Notes: a model not told the origin generated them from the letters alone. Numbered from the stretch's first letter, positions 28,487 to 42,028 are shown. The stretch: 64,000 nt of DNA from Saccharolobus solfataricus P2 (GCF_000007005.1 NC_002754.1); one strand, 5' to 3'. Numbers and translations: made by a program.

Positions 28487-28753
28487 ATGATTGAAGAAAT
28501 GGATTTAACTCCGCTTGAGTGCCCGGAGCCCTTTATGAAGGTAGTTGCTAAACTAATGAAGATAGAAAATGGAGAACTTAAGATCAGGTATAAGGATCCT
28601 AAGTGCAGAGAAATGTTACTAGAGGCTATGAAGTTAATGAATTGTAAGGTTCTTGAGGATTCGCAAAATAATGGAGTATTTTTCATGCATATTAAAAAAG
28701 AAAGTGGTAGTTCTGAAAAACCTAAAAAAATTGAACTAACTGGAGGTTGCTGA
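28487..28753 (+). CDS. TusA/SirA-family sulfur carrier with C-terminal GGC tail
   Basis: DLTPLECPEP (CPxP motif); ATG at 28487 after a TTTATAA box; ends SGSSEKPKKIELTGGC. Confidence 0.8.
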   Translation: MIEEMDLTPLECPEPFMKVVAKLMKIENGELKIRYKDPKCREMLLEAMKLMNCKVLEDSQNNGVFFMHIKKESGSSEKPKKIELTGGC

Positions 28754-29071
28754 CAATATTTTAGAAGCGCAGTTAGTCAAGTCTTGTTTTATTTTAGTTT
28801 CAGCATTATGTATTACCGCATATAGATATTTAGGTCTTCCTATTCTCTTACCTTCTTCTCCATCTTTATTCCTGACTATTAACCCTATTTCTATTAATTT
28901 CTTCAGACTATTTTCAACGGTAGTTTTGCTGAGTTTCATTATCGAAGCTAACTCTTCCGCGGAAATCGGTCTGTTAAGCTCAACTAATTTAAATAGACAC
29001 TCGACATCAGTATCTGATATTTTATAACAACATCTTATTACCTCTTTACTTTCTGAAAGTTTTAAACTCAT
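28736..29071 (-). CDS. Lrs14-family winged-helix protein
   Basis: CCYKISDTDVECL…SKTTVENSLKKLIEIGLI…IGRPKYLY. Confidence 0.85.
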   Translation of the reverse strand: MSLKLSESKEVIRCCYKISDTDVECLFKLVELNRPISAEELASIMKLSKTTVENSLKKLIEIGLIVRNKDGEEGKRIGRPKYLYAVIHNAETKIKQDLTNCASKILSATSS

Positions 29072-29103
29072 AAACTTATTTTATCTTTTCTAGTATTAAA
29101 ACT

Positions 29104-29568
29104 TTAACTATTTTTTAAGGATGATACTGGGGGAGGATTATTTACATTAAATATTTTTTTCATATATTCCTTGTACATACACCTATCTTGGATAACTACA
29201 AGTCCAGCTTTTCTGGCCTTTTCCGCAGCCTCATCATTTCTAATACCTTCCTGCATCCATATTACCTTCACATCGCCAACCTTTTTCACTCTCTCCAAAA
29301 CTTGATCAACAATTTTAGGTACTTCATTTGATGGTCTAAATATCTCAACAATTTCTACCTTATCTGGTACGTCGAGAATTGAGGGATAAGACTTTTTACC
29401 TAATATTTCACTCGCGGATGGATTTACTGGGATGACATTATAACCATGATCCATTAAAAACTTAGGCACTTGAAAAGCTGCCTTGGATGGGTCTTTGGAG
29501 AAACCAACAGTTGCAATATTTTTATATTTAAGTAAAACTTCCTTTATGACTTCCTCTTCGTTCTCCAT
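29104..29568 (-). CDS. CoA-binding protein (YccU-like)
   Basis: IATVGFSKDPSK, IPVNP, VEIFRP, WMQEG, DRCM. Confidence 0.9.
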   Translation of the reverse strand: MENEEEVIKEVLLKYKNIATVGFSKDPSKAAFQVPKFLMDHGYNVIPVNPSASEILGKKSYPSILDVPDKVEIVEIFRPSNEVPKIVDQVLERVKKVGDVKVIWMQEGIRNDEAAEKARKAGLVVIQDRCMYKEYMKKIFNVNNPPPVSSLKNS

Positions 29569-29675
29569 AAAATTTACTAGTATTTTTTGGCTTTTAAATT
29601 TTTCTATATCAATTTAATGTTTTTCGAGGATTTGAGAGAAATATTTTTATATTAAGTTAACTAAAGCATTTAGGA

Positions 29676-30710
29676 ATGAGAGAATTAAGGTTCTTAATTG
29701 AACGAAATAGTCAAGCTCATATACTAGCAGGTGAAGAAGCTCTTCTTTTATCAGTCGCTAATGGTTCCCAACCAATTTTACGATTTGTAATATTTGATCC
29801 TCCAGCAGTTCTTGTAGGCTATCATCAAGCGGTTGAGCAAGAAGTAAATATAGAAGAGGTGAAAAAAAGAGGCTGGGAAATAGGTAGAAGGCCTACTGGG
29901 GGAGGTACAATTATAATGGGCCCATGGCAATTGGGTTGGGAAATCTACGCAAACAATGATCTATTAGGGTATACTCCAGAAAATGCAATAAAAATTGGTG
30001 CTGAAGGCGTTATTAGGGCACTAGACAAGTTGGGTATAAAAGCATCTTTTAGGCCAAAGAATGATGTAGAGGTAAACGGGAGGAAGATTTCTGGAATCGG
30101 AGCATTTTCTGAGGGTAATTACATTGCAGTTACCGGAACAATTCTACTAGATTTTGATGTGGACGCGATGATTTCAGTTCTTAGGTTATCTTCTGAAAAA
30201 CTTAAGGACAAACTAGCCAGAGATTTTAAGGACCGATTAACGTGGGTTAATAAGGAATTAAAACGCTCACTTGATATGGAAGAATTAATAAAAATCTCTA
30301 GAGATTCCTTTGCTGAAGTGCTAGGGATAAAGCTTTCGGATGACTACTACAATGAATTTGAAAAGAAGACCATACAAGAATTAGCGTTAAAGTATTCATC
30401 GCCCGAATGGATATTTAACTTAAGGCGACCATTAATTGGGGACGATATAAGATACGTAGAAAGGAAACTTCCAGGTGGACTGGTTAAGGTGCAAGTTAAA
30501 ATGGTCAGTAAAAATCTAATAGAATCTGTACTAGTAACTGGTGATTTCTTCATAGAACCGAGAACTGCCATATATGATTTGGAAGCTAGATTGAAATGGA
30601 GTAGAGTTGAAGATTTAGAAAACGAAATCAGAACGTGGTTTAACAGTGTGAAGGCAATTGGAATAACTGCTGATGATCTCATAAAAATAATAGAAGAGGT
30701 GGTAAGGTGA
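29676..30710 (+). CDS. lplA: Lipoate-protein ligase with fused C-terminal domain, sLpl(AB)-type
   Basis: RRPTGGGT, KNDVEVNGRKISG, KLPGGLV…VTGDFF accessory domain. Confidence 0.9.
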   Translation: MRELRFLIERNSQAHILAGEEALLLSVANGSQPILRFVIFDPPAVLVGYHQAVEQEVNIEEVKKRGWEIGRRPTGGGTIIMGPWQLGWEIYANNDLLGYTPENAIKIGAEGVIRALDKLGIKASFRPKNDVEVNGRKISGIGAFSEGNYIAVTGTILLDFDVDAMISVLRLSSEKLKDKLARDFKDRLTWVNKELKRSLDMEELIKISRDSFAEVLGIKLSDDYYNEFEKKTIQELALKYSSPEWIFNLRRPLIGDDIRYVERKLPGGLVKVQVKMVSKNLIESVLVTGDFFIEPRTAIYDLEARLKWSRVEDLENEIRTWFNSVKAIGITADDLIKIIEEVVR

Positions 30711-31612
30711 GGCCATTATTCCTTTATGCTCCCAATTTAAAGAGGTATGAGAGTGAGTTTTTAGATTCTAGAAAAGGTTGGAAATCAATATCTGTTACGG
30801 GTACTTATTGTGCATTTAACTGTAAACATTGTGGTAGGCGAGTATTAGAATCAATGATTGACGGTTCTACTCAAGGTAAAATTGAGAAAGAAATTATGGA
30901 AGCAATTAGTAGAGGAGATGAGGGAATTATACTATCTGGTGGTTCTACATCGAGAGGAGATGTTCCGATATGGAGGTATTCTAATTTATTGAAGAGATAT
31001 TCCGATAGACTTACAATAATAGCTCACACTGGTGTAGTTAAAAACGAAGAAATAGCTAGGAAATTTAAGGAAAGTGGTGTGAAAATCGCATTGTTAGATA
31101 TGGTATCCGATAATGATGCAATTAAAGATATTTTAGGGCAACCATTTACCGTAGATGACTATCTTAATTCATTTAAATATCTAAAAAAGGTTAATATAAA
31201 AATAGTTCCTCATGTGATATTAGGATTGAGCAAAAAGGGCTTAGAAGGTGACTTAGAGTCAATAAGACTGCTTCAGGAAGTTAATCCTGATGCGCTAATA
31301 ATCGTTGGACTAATGCCATTAGTTGGAACACAGATGAATGCATCTAGACCTCCGACTCCAGAGGAGATTATAGTCGCCTTAAGAACTGCGAGAGATACTT
31401 TCCCTAATATTCCGATAAACTTAGGTTGCGCAAGGCCTAGGGGTAAGTCGTATCTTGAAGTCGAGAAGTTCGCTGTGGATTACGATATTGACGCAATAGC
31501 TTTTCCCGAAGACGAAACGTACGAATACGCAAAAAGTAAGAGGGAAATATTTTTAAGTAATGCGTGTTGTGGTAATATAGTTTTTGATATATTTAAGGTG
31601 ATAACCTCATGA
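30707..31612 (+). CDS. lipS1: Radical SAM lipoyl synthase subunit LipS1
   Basis: CAFNCKHC plus the LipS1 motifs GCAR and CC (LGCARP, NACCG). Confidence 0.85.
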   Translation: MRPLFLYAPNLKRYESEFLDSRKGWKSISVTGTYCAFNCKHCGRRVLESMIDGSTQGKIEKEIMEAISRGDEGIILSGGSTSRGDVPIWRYSNLLKRYSDRLTIIAHTGVVKNEEIARKFKESGVKIALLDMVSDNDAIKDILGQPFTVDDYLNSFKYLKKVNIKIVPHVILGLSKKGLEGDLESIRLLQEVNPDALIIVGLMPLVGTQMNASRPPTPEEIIVALRTARDTFPNIPINLGCARPRGKSYLEVEKFAVDYDIDAIAFPEDETYEYAKSKREIFLSNACCGNIVFDIFKVITS

Positions 31613-32664
31613 CATTACGTCTAATTTCAAGTCCAGATTGGGTAAGACTAAGTTTTGGCGCAGATATGGTCTTAGGTTTTTCTTCTGGAGTGTTTTTAAA
31701 GGGAGCTCTGAATACCACGATAAATCTGTTGCAATATTACCCAGATGGATGCAAAGCAAATTGCTCATATTGTGGCCAAGCTAGAGAGGTCGCCAATGGT
31801 CCAGAATGTAAAACGTTAATAAGGGTAGAATGGCCACTTAGACCTCTAAATGAGGTATTAAAGAGAATTTATGAGAGACAAGGCAATCCAGAATACGGTC
31901 TTCAAAGGATATGTATAGGACAATTGGCCCATCCTAGGGCATCTCCAGATGCCATAGAGATAACGAGAAGGATAAGAAATGCGGGGATTGAGCTACAAAT
32001 TTCAGAATTAGTTACAGCAACTTATACTTTCAAACATCACATGATTGAAATGAGGAAAGCTGGAGCTGATATGATTGATGTTGCAATAGACGCGGCAAAT
32101 GAGAAGGTGTTTGAAGAGCTAAGGGGTAAGAAAGCTAGAAGCATGCACTCATGGAAGAGATATTTAGAGGCAATAGATGAAGCTGTGGAAGTATTTGGTA
32201 AAAAGAACGCTGGTATTCACTTAATAATAGGTTTAGGGGAGAGTGAGAAAGACGCAGTCAACCTTATGTGGTACGCTCATAGTAGGGGAGCTAAAATTTC
32301 ACTCTTTGCGTTTTATCCAGAGGCTGGTACTCCAATGGAAAAACGAAAACCAGTCCCAGTTCACGTCTATAGAAGGATGCAAATAGCTAGATGGCTGATT
32401 GAAAATGATATTGTCGATATTAATGCGTTCAAGTTTGACGACAAGGGAGAACTAATAGATGTAGAAATACCGTCCGATATAACCTTAAATGAATTAGCCC
32501 CAGCATTTATGACTAGTGGATGTCCAGGTTGTAACAGACCATATTCCAATGAGAGGCCAGGTAGAGTATTAAAGAACGTTCCTTGGTATCTAGACAGAGA
32601 AATGACTTTACGTTCAATTAAAGCTTCCAGATTAGATTCCTTAATAAAGAAAGTAGTAAGGTAA
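31609..32664 (+). CDS. lipS2: Radical SAM lipoyl synthase subunit LipS2
   Basis: CKANCSYC plus the LipS2 motif TSGCPGCNRP. Confidence 0.87.
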   Translation: MTLRLISSPDWVRLSFGADMVLGFSSGVFLKGALNTTINLLQYYPDGCKANCSYCGQAREVANGPECKTLIRVEWPLRPLNEVLKRIYERQGNPEYGLQRICIGQLAHPRASPDAIEITRRIRNAGIELQISELVTATYTFKHHMIEMRKAGADMIDVAIDAANEKVFEELRGKKARSMHSWKRYLEAIDEAVEVFGKKNAGIHLIIGLGESEKDAVNLMWYAHSRGAKISLFAFYPEAGTPMEKRKPVPVHVYRRMQIARWLIENDIVDINAFKFDDKGELIDVEIPSDITLNELAPAFMTSGCPGCNRPYSNERPGRVLKNVPWYLDREMTLRSIKASRLDSLIKKVVR

Positions 32665-33441
32665 AAATGTTCATAAAGGATGGCTCTTTAATAAGCTATT
32701 TTTCAAGTGGTTTTCCTTCACATGTTAGAGTTAAGGCAATAGATATCTCATCTCCAGACTATGAAGTATTTTACTCCCCGGTTAAAGGTGAGGTCGTAGA
32801 CATAGTGCGATTTGAAATAGGACGGCCAAATAGGTTCTCTACTATAAATTACGACTATATGATCTTAATTAATAGTGAAAATCAAAGAATTATTAAAGTC
32901 CTTCACGTTTTACCGTGGGTGGAGAAGGGAGAATACGTTAAAGAAGGGCGAGTAATAGGGGAGTTCCTTCAAACGCCTTATACTGGAGGTGATTTTCCTC
33001 ACGCCCATATTGAAGGTATTACAATAAGATTTCCTAAGATTTCAAATTATAGAGATTCTAAAATCGGTATAGTGCATAAGAAGGACAAGGAGTTTTTCGA
33101 TGTCATAATAAAAGATTTTGCGGAAGCTGGGAAGCTTAGAGGATTAGGTTGCTGTGGAGGGCTATTAAATGCGAGTTTACCATATGCATGCTATGGTGGA
33201 ATTATTGGCGGATTCACCGGTCAACTATCACTTTATGACCTAAATTTAGGATACTTAGCGGTTAGACGTAAAACTTACCTCTTGTTTGAAGGTAGGAAGA
33301 ACTTATTGAGAAATTGGGAAGAAGATGCGTCATTCAAGGTTCTCGTAAATAAACCTATATGTGGTTTTGCGTTTATGGAGATTGTCTTATCTCATAATGG
33401 TTATCCTATGATTAGATTCTTTTTAAACAATGTTAATTTGA

Positions 33442-36097
<2,656 letters not shown>

Positions 36098-36100
36098 GTA

Positions 36101-36616
36101 TCACAGTTGAAGGGAATCCCCTGGGATTTCCACCTTATCGTTAAATATGATTTTAGGCACACTTAAAACCCTATACTTGTCTCTTTCCTCTTCATACTCT
36201 GTTGCGTCATATATCTCCAGTTTAACATTTTCATTTATCTGAGAAACTTGATATAAGAACTCCGCGGTAATTGGACATTTAGTACAATCTGGAGTTACAA
36301 ACAATTTAACGCTTCCTCTTACTTGCTTTGCTAATTCCACCTCCCTTTCATCTAGGTTAACAACGTTATTAGAGATTCTTACCAATGAGTTAAGAAACGG
36401 CCATAATTCATTTGCTATCGGAATACCATAATAAGTATAGTAAACCCTATCTCCCCTCTTAACTTTAACAAGAGGTTTTTTACAATTATTTAGAGTTTCA
36501 ACGTTAACGTAATTTTTAAACTCGTGAAATAAACTATCTCCATTACATTGCTGTATTGTTATATCTCCCTTTTTAATCGCGTTAAGATATTCCTTGATAA
36601 CGTAATCATAGCTCAT
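36101..36616 (-). CDS. Thioredoxin-fold / protein-disulfide-oxidoreductase-like protein, probably frameshifted near the C-terminus
   Basis: [19 protein letters not shown]; the C-terminal helix continues in a shifted frame after a G4 run. Confidence 0.75.
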   Translation of the reverse strand: MSYDYVIKEYLNAIKKGDITIQQCNGDSLFHEFKNYVNVETLNNCKKPLVKVKRGDRVYYTYYGIPIANELWPFLNSLVRISNNVVNLDEREVELAKQVRGSVKLFVTPDCTKCPITAEFLYQVSQINENVKLEIYDATEYEEERDKYRVLSVPKIIFNDKVEIPGDSLQL

Positions 36617-36957
36617 ATGAAATACCTCAAACTTTCTATACCTTCTAGTGACTTAATAATTGAGTTTTCTAAATCTTCTCTATTTTGAAACCTTTTAATA
36701 ATATAAATGGTTGTACCATTCAATTCATATTCTAGTGGTGCTCCTAATCCTTGAGAGATTCTAGATGCTCTAGCATATCTTGTTCCCATTCCTATAAGAT
36801 CATCCAAACTCTCCTTACCAGTGGGCAATGGAATTGGTAACAATATAGTTAAGTTCTCAATAAAAAACTCATAATCATCCATTACCACTCTTTCCCTTTT
36901 TCCCTCATTAACTAGGGAAAATCCCTTCTTCTTTAAATAATCCTCAAGTTTTCCCAT
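36613..36957 (-). CDS. Hypothetical protein
   Basis: ORF translationally coupled between lpdA and the thioredoxin-like gene; ATG 36957 with GATG context. Confidence 0.7.
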   Translation of the reverse strand: MGKLEDYLKKKGFSLVNEGKRERVVMDDYEFFIENLTILLPIPLPTGKESLDDLIGMGTRYARASRISQGLGAPLEYELNGTTIYIIKRFQNREDLENSIIKSLEGIESLRYFI

Positions 36958-38284
36958 CTTTACTCTTATATTTATCCACATCTAAATCAAAAAAGCCCTT
37001 CGCTGCATTAACTATGGCCTCAGAGAATGAAGGGTGAACAAAAGACATTAGCGCTAAACTCTCGATTCTTATTCTATTATTTACTACTAACGTTAAAATA
37101 TTGATTAATTCCTCAGCCTTATCGCCAATTACTTCTCCAAAAACTATCTCATTTCTCTCATTTATTCCTAGTTTAACGTACCCATCCTTAAATCCATTGA
37201 TAATTGCTCTGGTAGTTGCAGCAAACGGAAAAACAGAAAACTCCTTAGCCTCTTTATCGTTACCTACGATACCAACTTGAGGATCAGTATATAACACTTG
37301 GGGTATCTTAAGATTATCTATTAGGGGAAGAAATGTTGCGTCCTTAAGGATATGTAGTGATGCAATTACTGCATCTAAAATTGCTGAATGTGCAGTTTTT
37401 CTCTCTTTGTCTATTACATCACCTATTGCGTATACATTGTTCTTTACTCTTCTATACTTATCAACTACTATCCCACATTCATTAATACTCAATCCAAGTA
37501 TTTCAATACCCTTAGGCAATTGCGGTCTTCTCCCTGTGGCATACACTATTACGTTTCCTTCTACCTCACCCTTTTCCGTAATCACTTTTCCATCATGAAT
37601 CTTCACTATTCTAATGTTTTCCTCTATATTTACTCCATCGAATTCCAAGGAATCCTTTATAATACTTCTAGCATCCTCTGGAAATGTTGGTAAAATTTTA
37701 CTTCTGGACAATAAGGTAACTTGTGACCCTAATCTGGAATACATTTGAGCTATCTCAACTCCTGCATAGCCTCCGCCAATAATAACCATTGAAGAAGGTA
37801 CTGAATTCAAATTAACCGCATCATCTTCACTTAAAGTATTTTCAATGCCATTAATACTTGGTACCATCGGTTTAGAACCAGTAGCTATGATTAAATTATC
37901 GAACTCCACAATTCTCCCATTTACCTTTACCGTACTAGGAGAAATTATTTCAACTTCACCTAACTCAGTTTCACCGCCCGAATCTTCAATTAGCTTTCTT
38001 CCGGCGTTTGATAAGTAGTCTATAATTTCGTTTCTTTTACTGAAAAGGAGATCTTTATATTCAATTTCACCATCTAAGCCTATATAATACACAATTTCTT
38101 TAAATCTATTTAATAAAAAGGTTGCATCAAAAAGAAAAATACTTGGTACACAGCCGAAGTTTACACAAACTCCACCAAATTTCTCTTTTTCGGCAACTAG
38201 TACCTTCTTGCCCTTTCTCGCTAATATGCTTCCAGCAACATAACCGGCAGTACCACCGCCAATTATTACGATATCATATTTCAT
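36944..38284 (-). CDS. lpdA: Dihydrolipoamide dehydrogenase-like pyridine nucleotide-disulfide oxidoreductase
   Basis: GGGTAG, GGVCVNFGCVP, GGGYAG, YAIGD, HPSFSE. Confidence 0.88.
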   Translation of the reverse strand: MKYDIVIIGGGTAGYVAGSILARKGKKVLVAEKEKFGGVCVNFGCVPSIFLFDATFLLNRFKEIVYYIGLDGEIEYKDLLFSKRNEIIDYLSNAGRKLIEDSGGETELGEVEIISPSTVKVNGRIVEFDNLIIATGSKPMVPSINGIENTLSEDDAVNLNSVPSSMVIIGGGYAGVEIAQMYSRLGSQVTLLSRSKILPTFPEDARSIIKDSLEFDGVNIEENIRIVKIHDGKVITEKGEVEGNVIVYATGRRPQLPKGIEILGLSINECGIVVDKYRRVKNNVYAIGDVIDKERKTAHSAILDAVIASLHILKDATFLPLIDNLKIPQVLYTDPQVGIVGNDKEAKEFSVFPFAATTRAIINGFKDGYVKLGINERNEIVFGEVIGDKAEELINILTLVVNNRIRIESLALMSFVHPSFSEAIVNAAKGFFDLDVDKYKSKDGKT

Positions 38285-38294
38285 GCTAGGTCAT

Positions 38295-38696
38295 TTAGAA
38301 GAATAATGTCCTATCAGCTTCCAATGTCAGATCTATTAATGTAGATCCTCCGACTAGTTCTATGCCTTCCACTACATCATCCTCTTTCATATGGCACATA
38401 TCCTTTAGGCTTTGTACACAAACATACATTTTAACTCCATTTTCTTTTGCCATATCGAAGAAGTGTATAAATGGATTTCCGCCTTTTTTCCTCTCTTCCT
38501 CTTGCCATTTCTTATCTAATAATTTTGGCCCCTTTATCATAAAGAACACTGAAGTCTCATATTCCATTGAGGCAGATATTGAAGCCATAAATAATGGGGC
38601 ATATGTCCTATCTAAATCCTCAGGACCATGGGTTACTACGATTAATATCTTCTTCTTTTGCTCTTCCTCTTGACCCTGAGTTTGAGCTTGAGCCAT
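38295..38696 (-). CDS. dsrE3A: DsrE-family sulfur carrier DsrE3A
   Basis: DsrE fold ([16 protein letters not shown]); Cys93 and Cys101 at the positions described for Metallosphaera DsrE3A. Confidence 0.85.
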   Translation of the reverse strand: MAQAQTQGQEEEQKKKILIVVTHGPEDLDRTYAPLFMASISASMEYETSVFFMIKGPKLLDKKWQEEERKKGGNPFIHFFDMAKENGVKMYVCVQSLKDMCHMKEDDVVEGIELVGGSTLIDLTLEADRTLFF

Positions 38697-38853
38697 ATTT
38701 TATTCCCAATTATAACTTCTTAAAGAACTTACTTAAATTTTTTATTAAACCATTATTCTCTTCCAATAGGTTGCAGAAAATAGGAAATAATTAAAATAAA
38801 TGAAAAGGATAAAGCTTAAATAACTTAAATGCAAAAATAAATATGGTGAAAAT

Positions 38854-39285
38854 ATGGCTGAAGAAAAGAAGAAGAAATTATCCATAATAGTCTTCTCTGG
38901 TACGATAGATAAGTTAATGCCAGTTGGAATTTTAACATCAGGTGCTGCAGCATCTGGATACGAAGTTAACTTGTTCTTCACATTTTGGGGATTACAAGCA
39001 ATCACGAAAAGGAGCCTAAATAGCCAACAACCACCTCAAATTGATAAGAACTACGAACAGATGGGTCCAATAATGATGCAAAAAATGCAAGAAATGAAAT
39101 ACCCAATGTGGCATCAACTAGTACAGCAGGCTAAGGAAATTGGAGAAGTTAAAGTGTTTGCGTGCTCAACCACTATGGAATTCTTCGGAATAAAGAGAGA
39201 AGACTTAGCGGAATTTGTAGATGATGTAGTTGGTGTTGCAACGTTTTTAGACAGAGCAGAAGGAGGAACAACTCTATTCATTTGA
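38854..39285 (+). CDS. dsrE2B: DsrE-family protein DsrE2B
   Basis: LSIIVFSGTIDK, LFFTFWG, VFACSTTM; lies between dsrE3A and tusA. Confidence 0.83.
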   Translation: MAEEKKKKLSIIVFSGTIDKLMPVGILTSGAAASGYEVNLFFTFWGLQAITKRSLNSQQPPQIDKNYEQMGPIMMQKMQEMKYPMWHQLVQQAKEIGEVKVFACSTTMEFFGIKREDLAEFVDDVVGVATFLDRAEGGTTLFI

Positions 39286-39296
39286 GGTGAGAGAAA

Positions 39297-39539
39297 GTGT
39301 CTCAAGAGGTTAGGATTGCGAAAACGTTAGATGCTAGGGGTATGTATTGCCCTGGTCCAGTTTTGGAGACAGCTAAGGCAATTAAACAAATAAATGTTGG
39401 TGAGGTTTTAGAAATATTGGCTACTGATCCAGCAGCTAAGCCAGATATTGAGGCTTGGGCTAGAAGGACTGGAAATCAAATAGTAGATATACAACAACAA
39501 GGAGGAGTAACGAGAATATTAATTAAAAGAGTGAAATAA
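39297..39539 (+). CDS. tusA: Sulfur carrier TusA
   Basis: LDARGMYCPGP (Cys18), LATDP, DIEAWAR. Confidence 0.92.
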   Translation: MSQEVRIAKTLDARGMYCPGPVLETAKAIKQINVGEVLEILATDPAAKPDIEAWARRTGNQIVDIQQQGGVTRILIKRVK

Positions 39540-39607
39540 GTTAAGCCAGAATTCTTTTTTAACAAAGTTTATAAGTATCTAATTCTTCTATTTAATTGTG
39601 AAATGGA

Positions 39608-40450
39608 ATGGCTACTAAAACTATATTACCTCCTCTTCCTGATGATCCAAGATTTCTAGACATGTCATATGATGTTCAAGCCCCACTACCAGAGGAAGAG
39701 AGGAACTTGCTAAGTAATTTAAAACCGGAAGAAAGAGAAGTTGCAGTAAAGTTTTGGGAAGCTGTTAAAAGCGATTTCAGATATAATGAGTATTTAAGAG
39801 GATGTTTGAACTGTGGTGTTTGTACCTCGGGATGTCCTGCTGCAAAATTCTACGATTTCGGTCCTAGGGAAATGATACAGTACATGATGAGGGATGAAGT
39901 AGACAAGATATGGGAGTTTGTAAATAAGAAAGTTTGGGCCTGTGTACAATGCTACACTTGCTCAATGAGATGTCCATTTAATAATGAGATCGCTGGTTTG
40001 ATAATGGTATTAAGAGAATATGCTGTAAAGTTTGGTTTACAATCAGCTAAGGAAGTATTAGCTCCTTATAGAAGAGTCTTATTAACAGTAATTACAACGG
40101 GCAACCAGGTTACACCAGATATGATCCAACCCGATGCGTTCCCGGACTGGGGACCACAAGCTGTAGAGGAGTCTAAGAATATGGATGTGTATAGGAAGGC
40201 AGTTCCAGTGGATCTTTTACAAAGGACTGATATAGGCTGGCACGCTTCATTACAGACTGCTGTTGAAATGATGACTATATTTGTAGAAGCAGGAGTTCTT
40301 GATTCCTTAAAGAACGTCGATAAGGACTTATATGATATGATCATGGATATATATGAGGAAAGGAAGCAACAATTAGAGGAGATCAAGGAGAAGTGGGAGA
40401 AAGGAGAGTTAAAGGAAGAGGATTTACCTGATAGTTGGTTAGAGTTATAG
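39608..40450 (+). CDS. hdrC1: sHdr subunit C1
   Basis: CLNCGVCTSGCP and CVQCYTCSMRCP 4Fe-4S motifs. Confidence 0.9.
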   Translation: MATKTILPPLPDDPRFLDMSYDVQAPLPEEERNLLSNLKPEEREVAVKFWEAVKSDFRYNEYLRGCLNCGVCTSGCPAAKFYDFGPREMIQYMMRDEVDKIWEFVNKKVWACVQCYTCSMRCPFNNEIAGLIMVLREYAVKFGLQSAKEVLAPYRRVLLTVITTGNQVTPDMIQPDAFPDWGPQAVEESKNMDVYRKAVPVDLLQRTDIGWHASLQTAVEMMTIFVEAGVLDSLKNVDKDLYDMIMDIYEERKQQLEEIKEKWEKGELKEEDLPDSWLEL

Positions 40451-40657
40451 TATACTTTTTCCTAATGAAAGTATTTTTTCTGTAAAATTCGTTACTATAT
40501 AAACTGTATCATAATACTAAGAGTGAGTTGGTTGTATCTGTAACTAACGTTTTTACCTCAAGTTGCGATAAAAATTATATTTACTCTTTCTTCTTGTTAG
40601 AAAGAAGTTTTAAAATAAAGTTTATAAATGTGAAATAACTAATATTAATAAGGTGGA

Positions 40658-41971
40658 ATGTTGAGTCAAGATGAGAAACAAATACAAAGGGAAGTTCGAG
40701 AAGCCTTCCCAATGTCAGATGATGTTGACTGGAATGAGGTTTATCAGAGAATAATTTATAGGTATAGCACACCTCATGGACTAGAACATGTTAAAGAGGA
40801 AATGTATAAATTAGAAGATAAGGGCGAAATTATAATACACCATATTAAGCCCTACAATAACCCAGTAGAAGCCCAAACACTAAACGGATCTCCAAAGAAA
40901 ATACCCACAACAAAATTATGGCATCATAAGAGTTGTGGACAGTGTGGCCACATACCCGGTTATCCAACCTCTGTTTTCTGGGTAATGAATAAGTTAGAAA
41001 TAGATTACCTAGATGAACCGCATCAAACATCGTGTACTGGATGGAATTATCACGCGTCTGGTGCCTCCAACCCCGTAGCCTTGGCAGGAGTATATGTAAG
41101 GAACATGTGGAGAGCTTATGAAACGGGTTACTTCCCATTAATACATTGCGGAACATCATTTGGTCATTATAAAGAAGTTAGAAACATGATAATATTACAC
41201 AAAGAGATAAGAGACAAACTTAGACCAATCATGAGAAAACTGGATATGGACATTGTAATACCAGAAGAGGTAGTTCATTATTCTGAATGGTTATATGTAA
41301 TGAGCAAGAAAGCTGCACAGCAGAAGAAATACAATCTAGATAATATTAAGGCAGCTGTACATACTCCTTGTCATGTTTATAAGTTAGTTCCAGAGGATAC
41401 TGTTTACGATCCCGAAGTATTCCAAGGTAGAAGACCAGCAGCCCCATCTGGAACTGTACAGAATTTCGGCGCTAAACTAGTGGATTACTCAACCTGGTGG
41501 GATTGCTGTGGATTCGGATTTAGACATATCCTAACAGAGAGGGAATTCAGTAGAAGTTTCGCACTATTTAAGAAGGTTATACCAGCAGTTGAGGAAGGGA
41601 ATGCTGATATCTTTGTAACCTCAGATACTGGGTGTGTTACTACTTTAGATAAGAGTCAGTGGGCTGGAAAGGCTCATGGTTTCAATTATAACTTACCAGT
41701 ATTAGCTGATGCGCAATTTGCAGCTTTAGCAATGGGCGCTGATCCATATATAATTGCTCAAATTCACTGGCACGCGACAGATGTAGAAGGTTTCTTAAGA
41801 AAGATAGGTGTTCCGGTTGATGATTATAAAGAGAAGTTCGTACAATATCTACAAGATCTAAGAGAAGGTAAGACGGAACCACAATACTTATATCCAAAGC
41901 ATAGAAAGATTGACTTCTACTTATCACTTCCAGATAGAGTAAAATGGTACAAGAAGGAGGTTCCAAAGTAA
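40658..41971 (+). CDS. hdrB1: sHdr subunit B1
   Basis: KSCGQC, HCGT, HTPCH, DCCGFG, DTGC CCG-type domains. Confidence 0.9.
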   Translation: MLSQDEKQIQREVREAFPMSDDVDWNEVYQRIIYRYSTPHGLEHVKEEMYKLEDKGEIIIHHIKPYNNPVEAQTLNGSPKKIPTTKLWHHKSCGQCGHIPGYPTSVFWVMNKLEIDYLDEPHQTSCTGWNYHASGASNPVALAGVYVRNMWRAYETGYFPLIHCGTSFGHYKEVRNMIILHKEIRDKLRPIMRKLDMDIVIPEEVVHYSEWLYVMSKKAAQQKKYNLDNIKAAVHTPCHVYKLVPEDTVYDPEVFQGRRPAAPSGTVQNFGAKLVDYSTWWDCCGFGFRHILTEREFSRSFALFKKVIPAVEEGNADIFVTSDTGCVTTLDKSQWAGKAHGFNYNLPVLADAQFAALAMGADPYIIAQIHWHATDVEGFLRKIGVPVDDYKEKFVQYLQDLREGKTEPQYLYPKHRKIDFYLSLPDRVKWYKKEVPK

Positions 41972-42028
41972 ATACAGTAAAAGCAAAGTTTTTTAAATTA
42001 AATTTACTTAATAAAAGGTGGTGATTAA

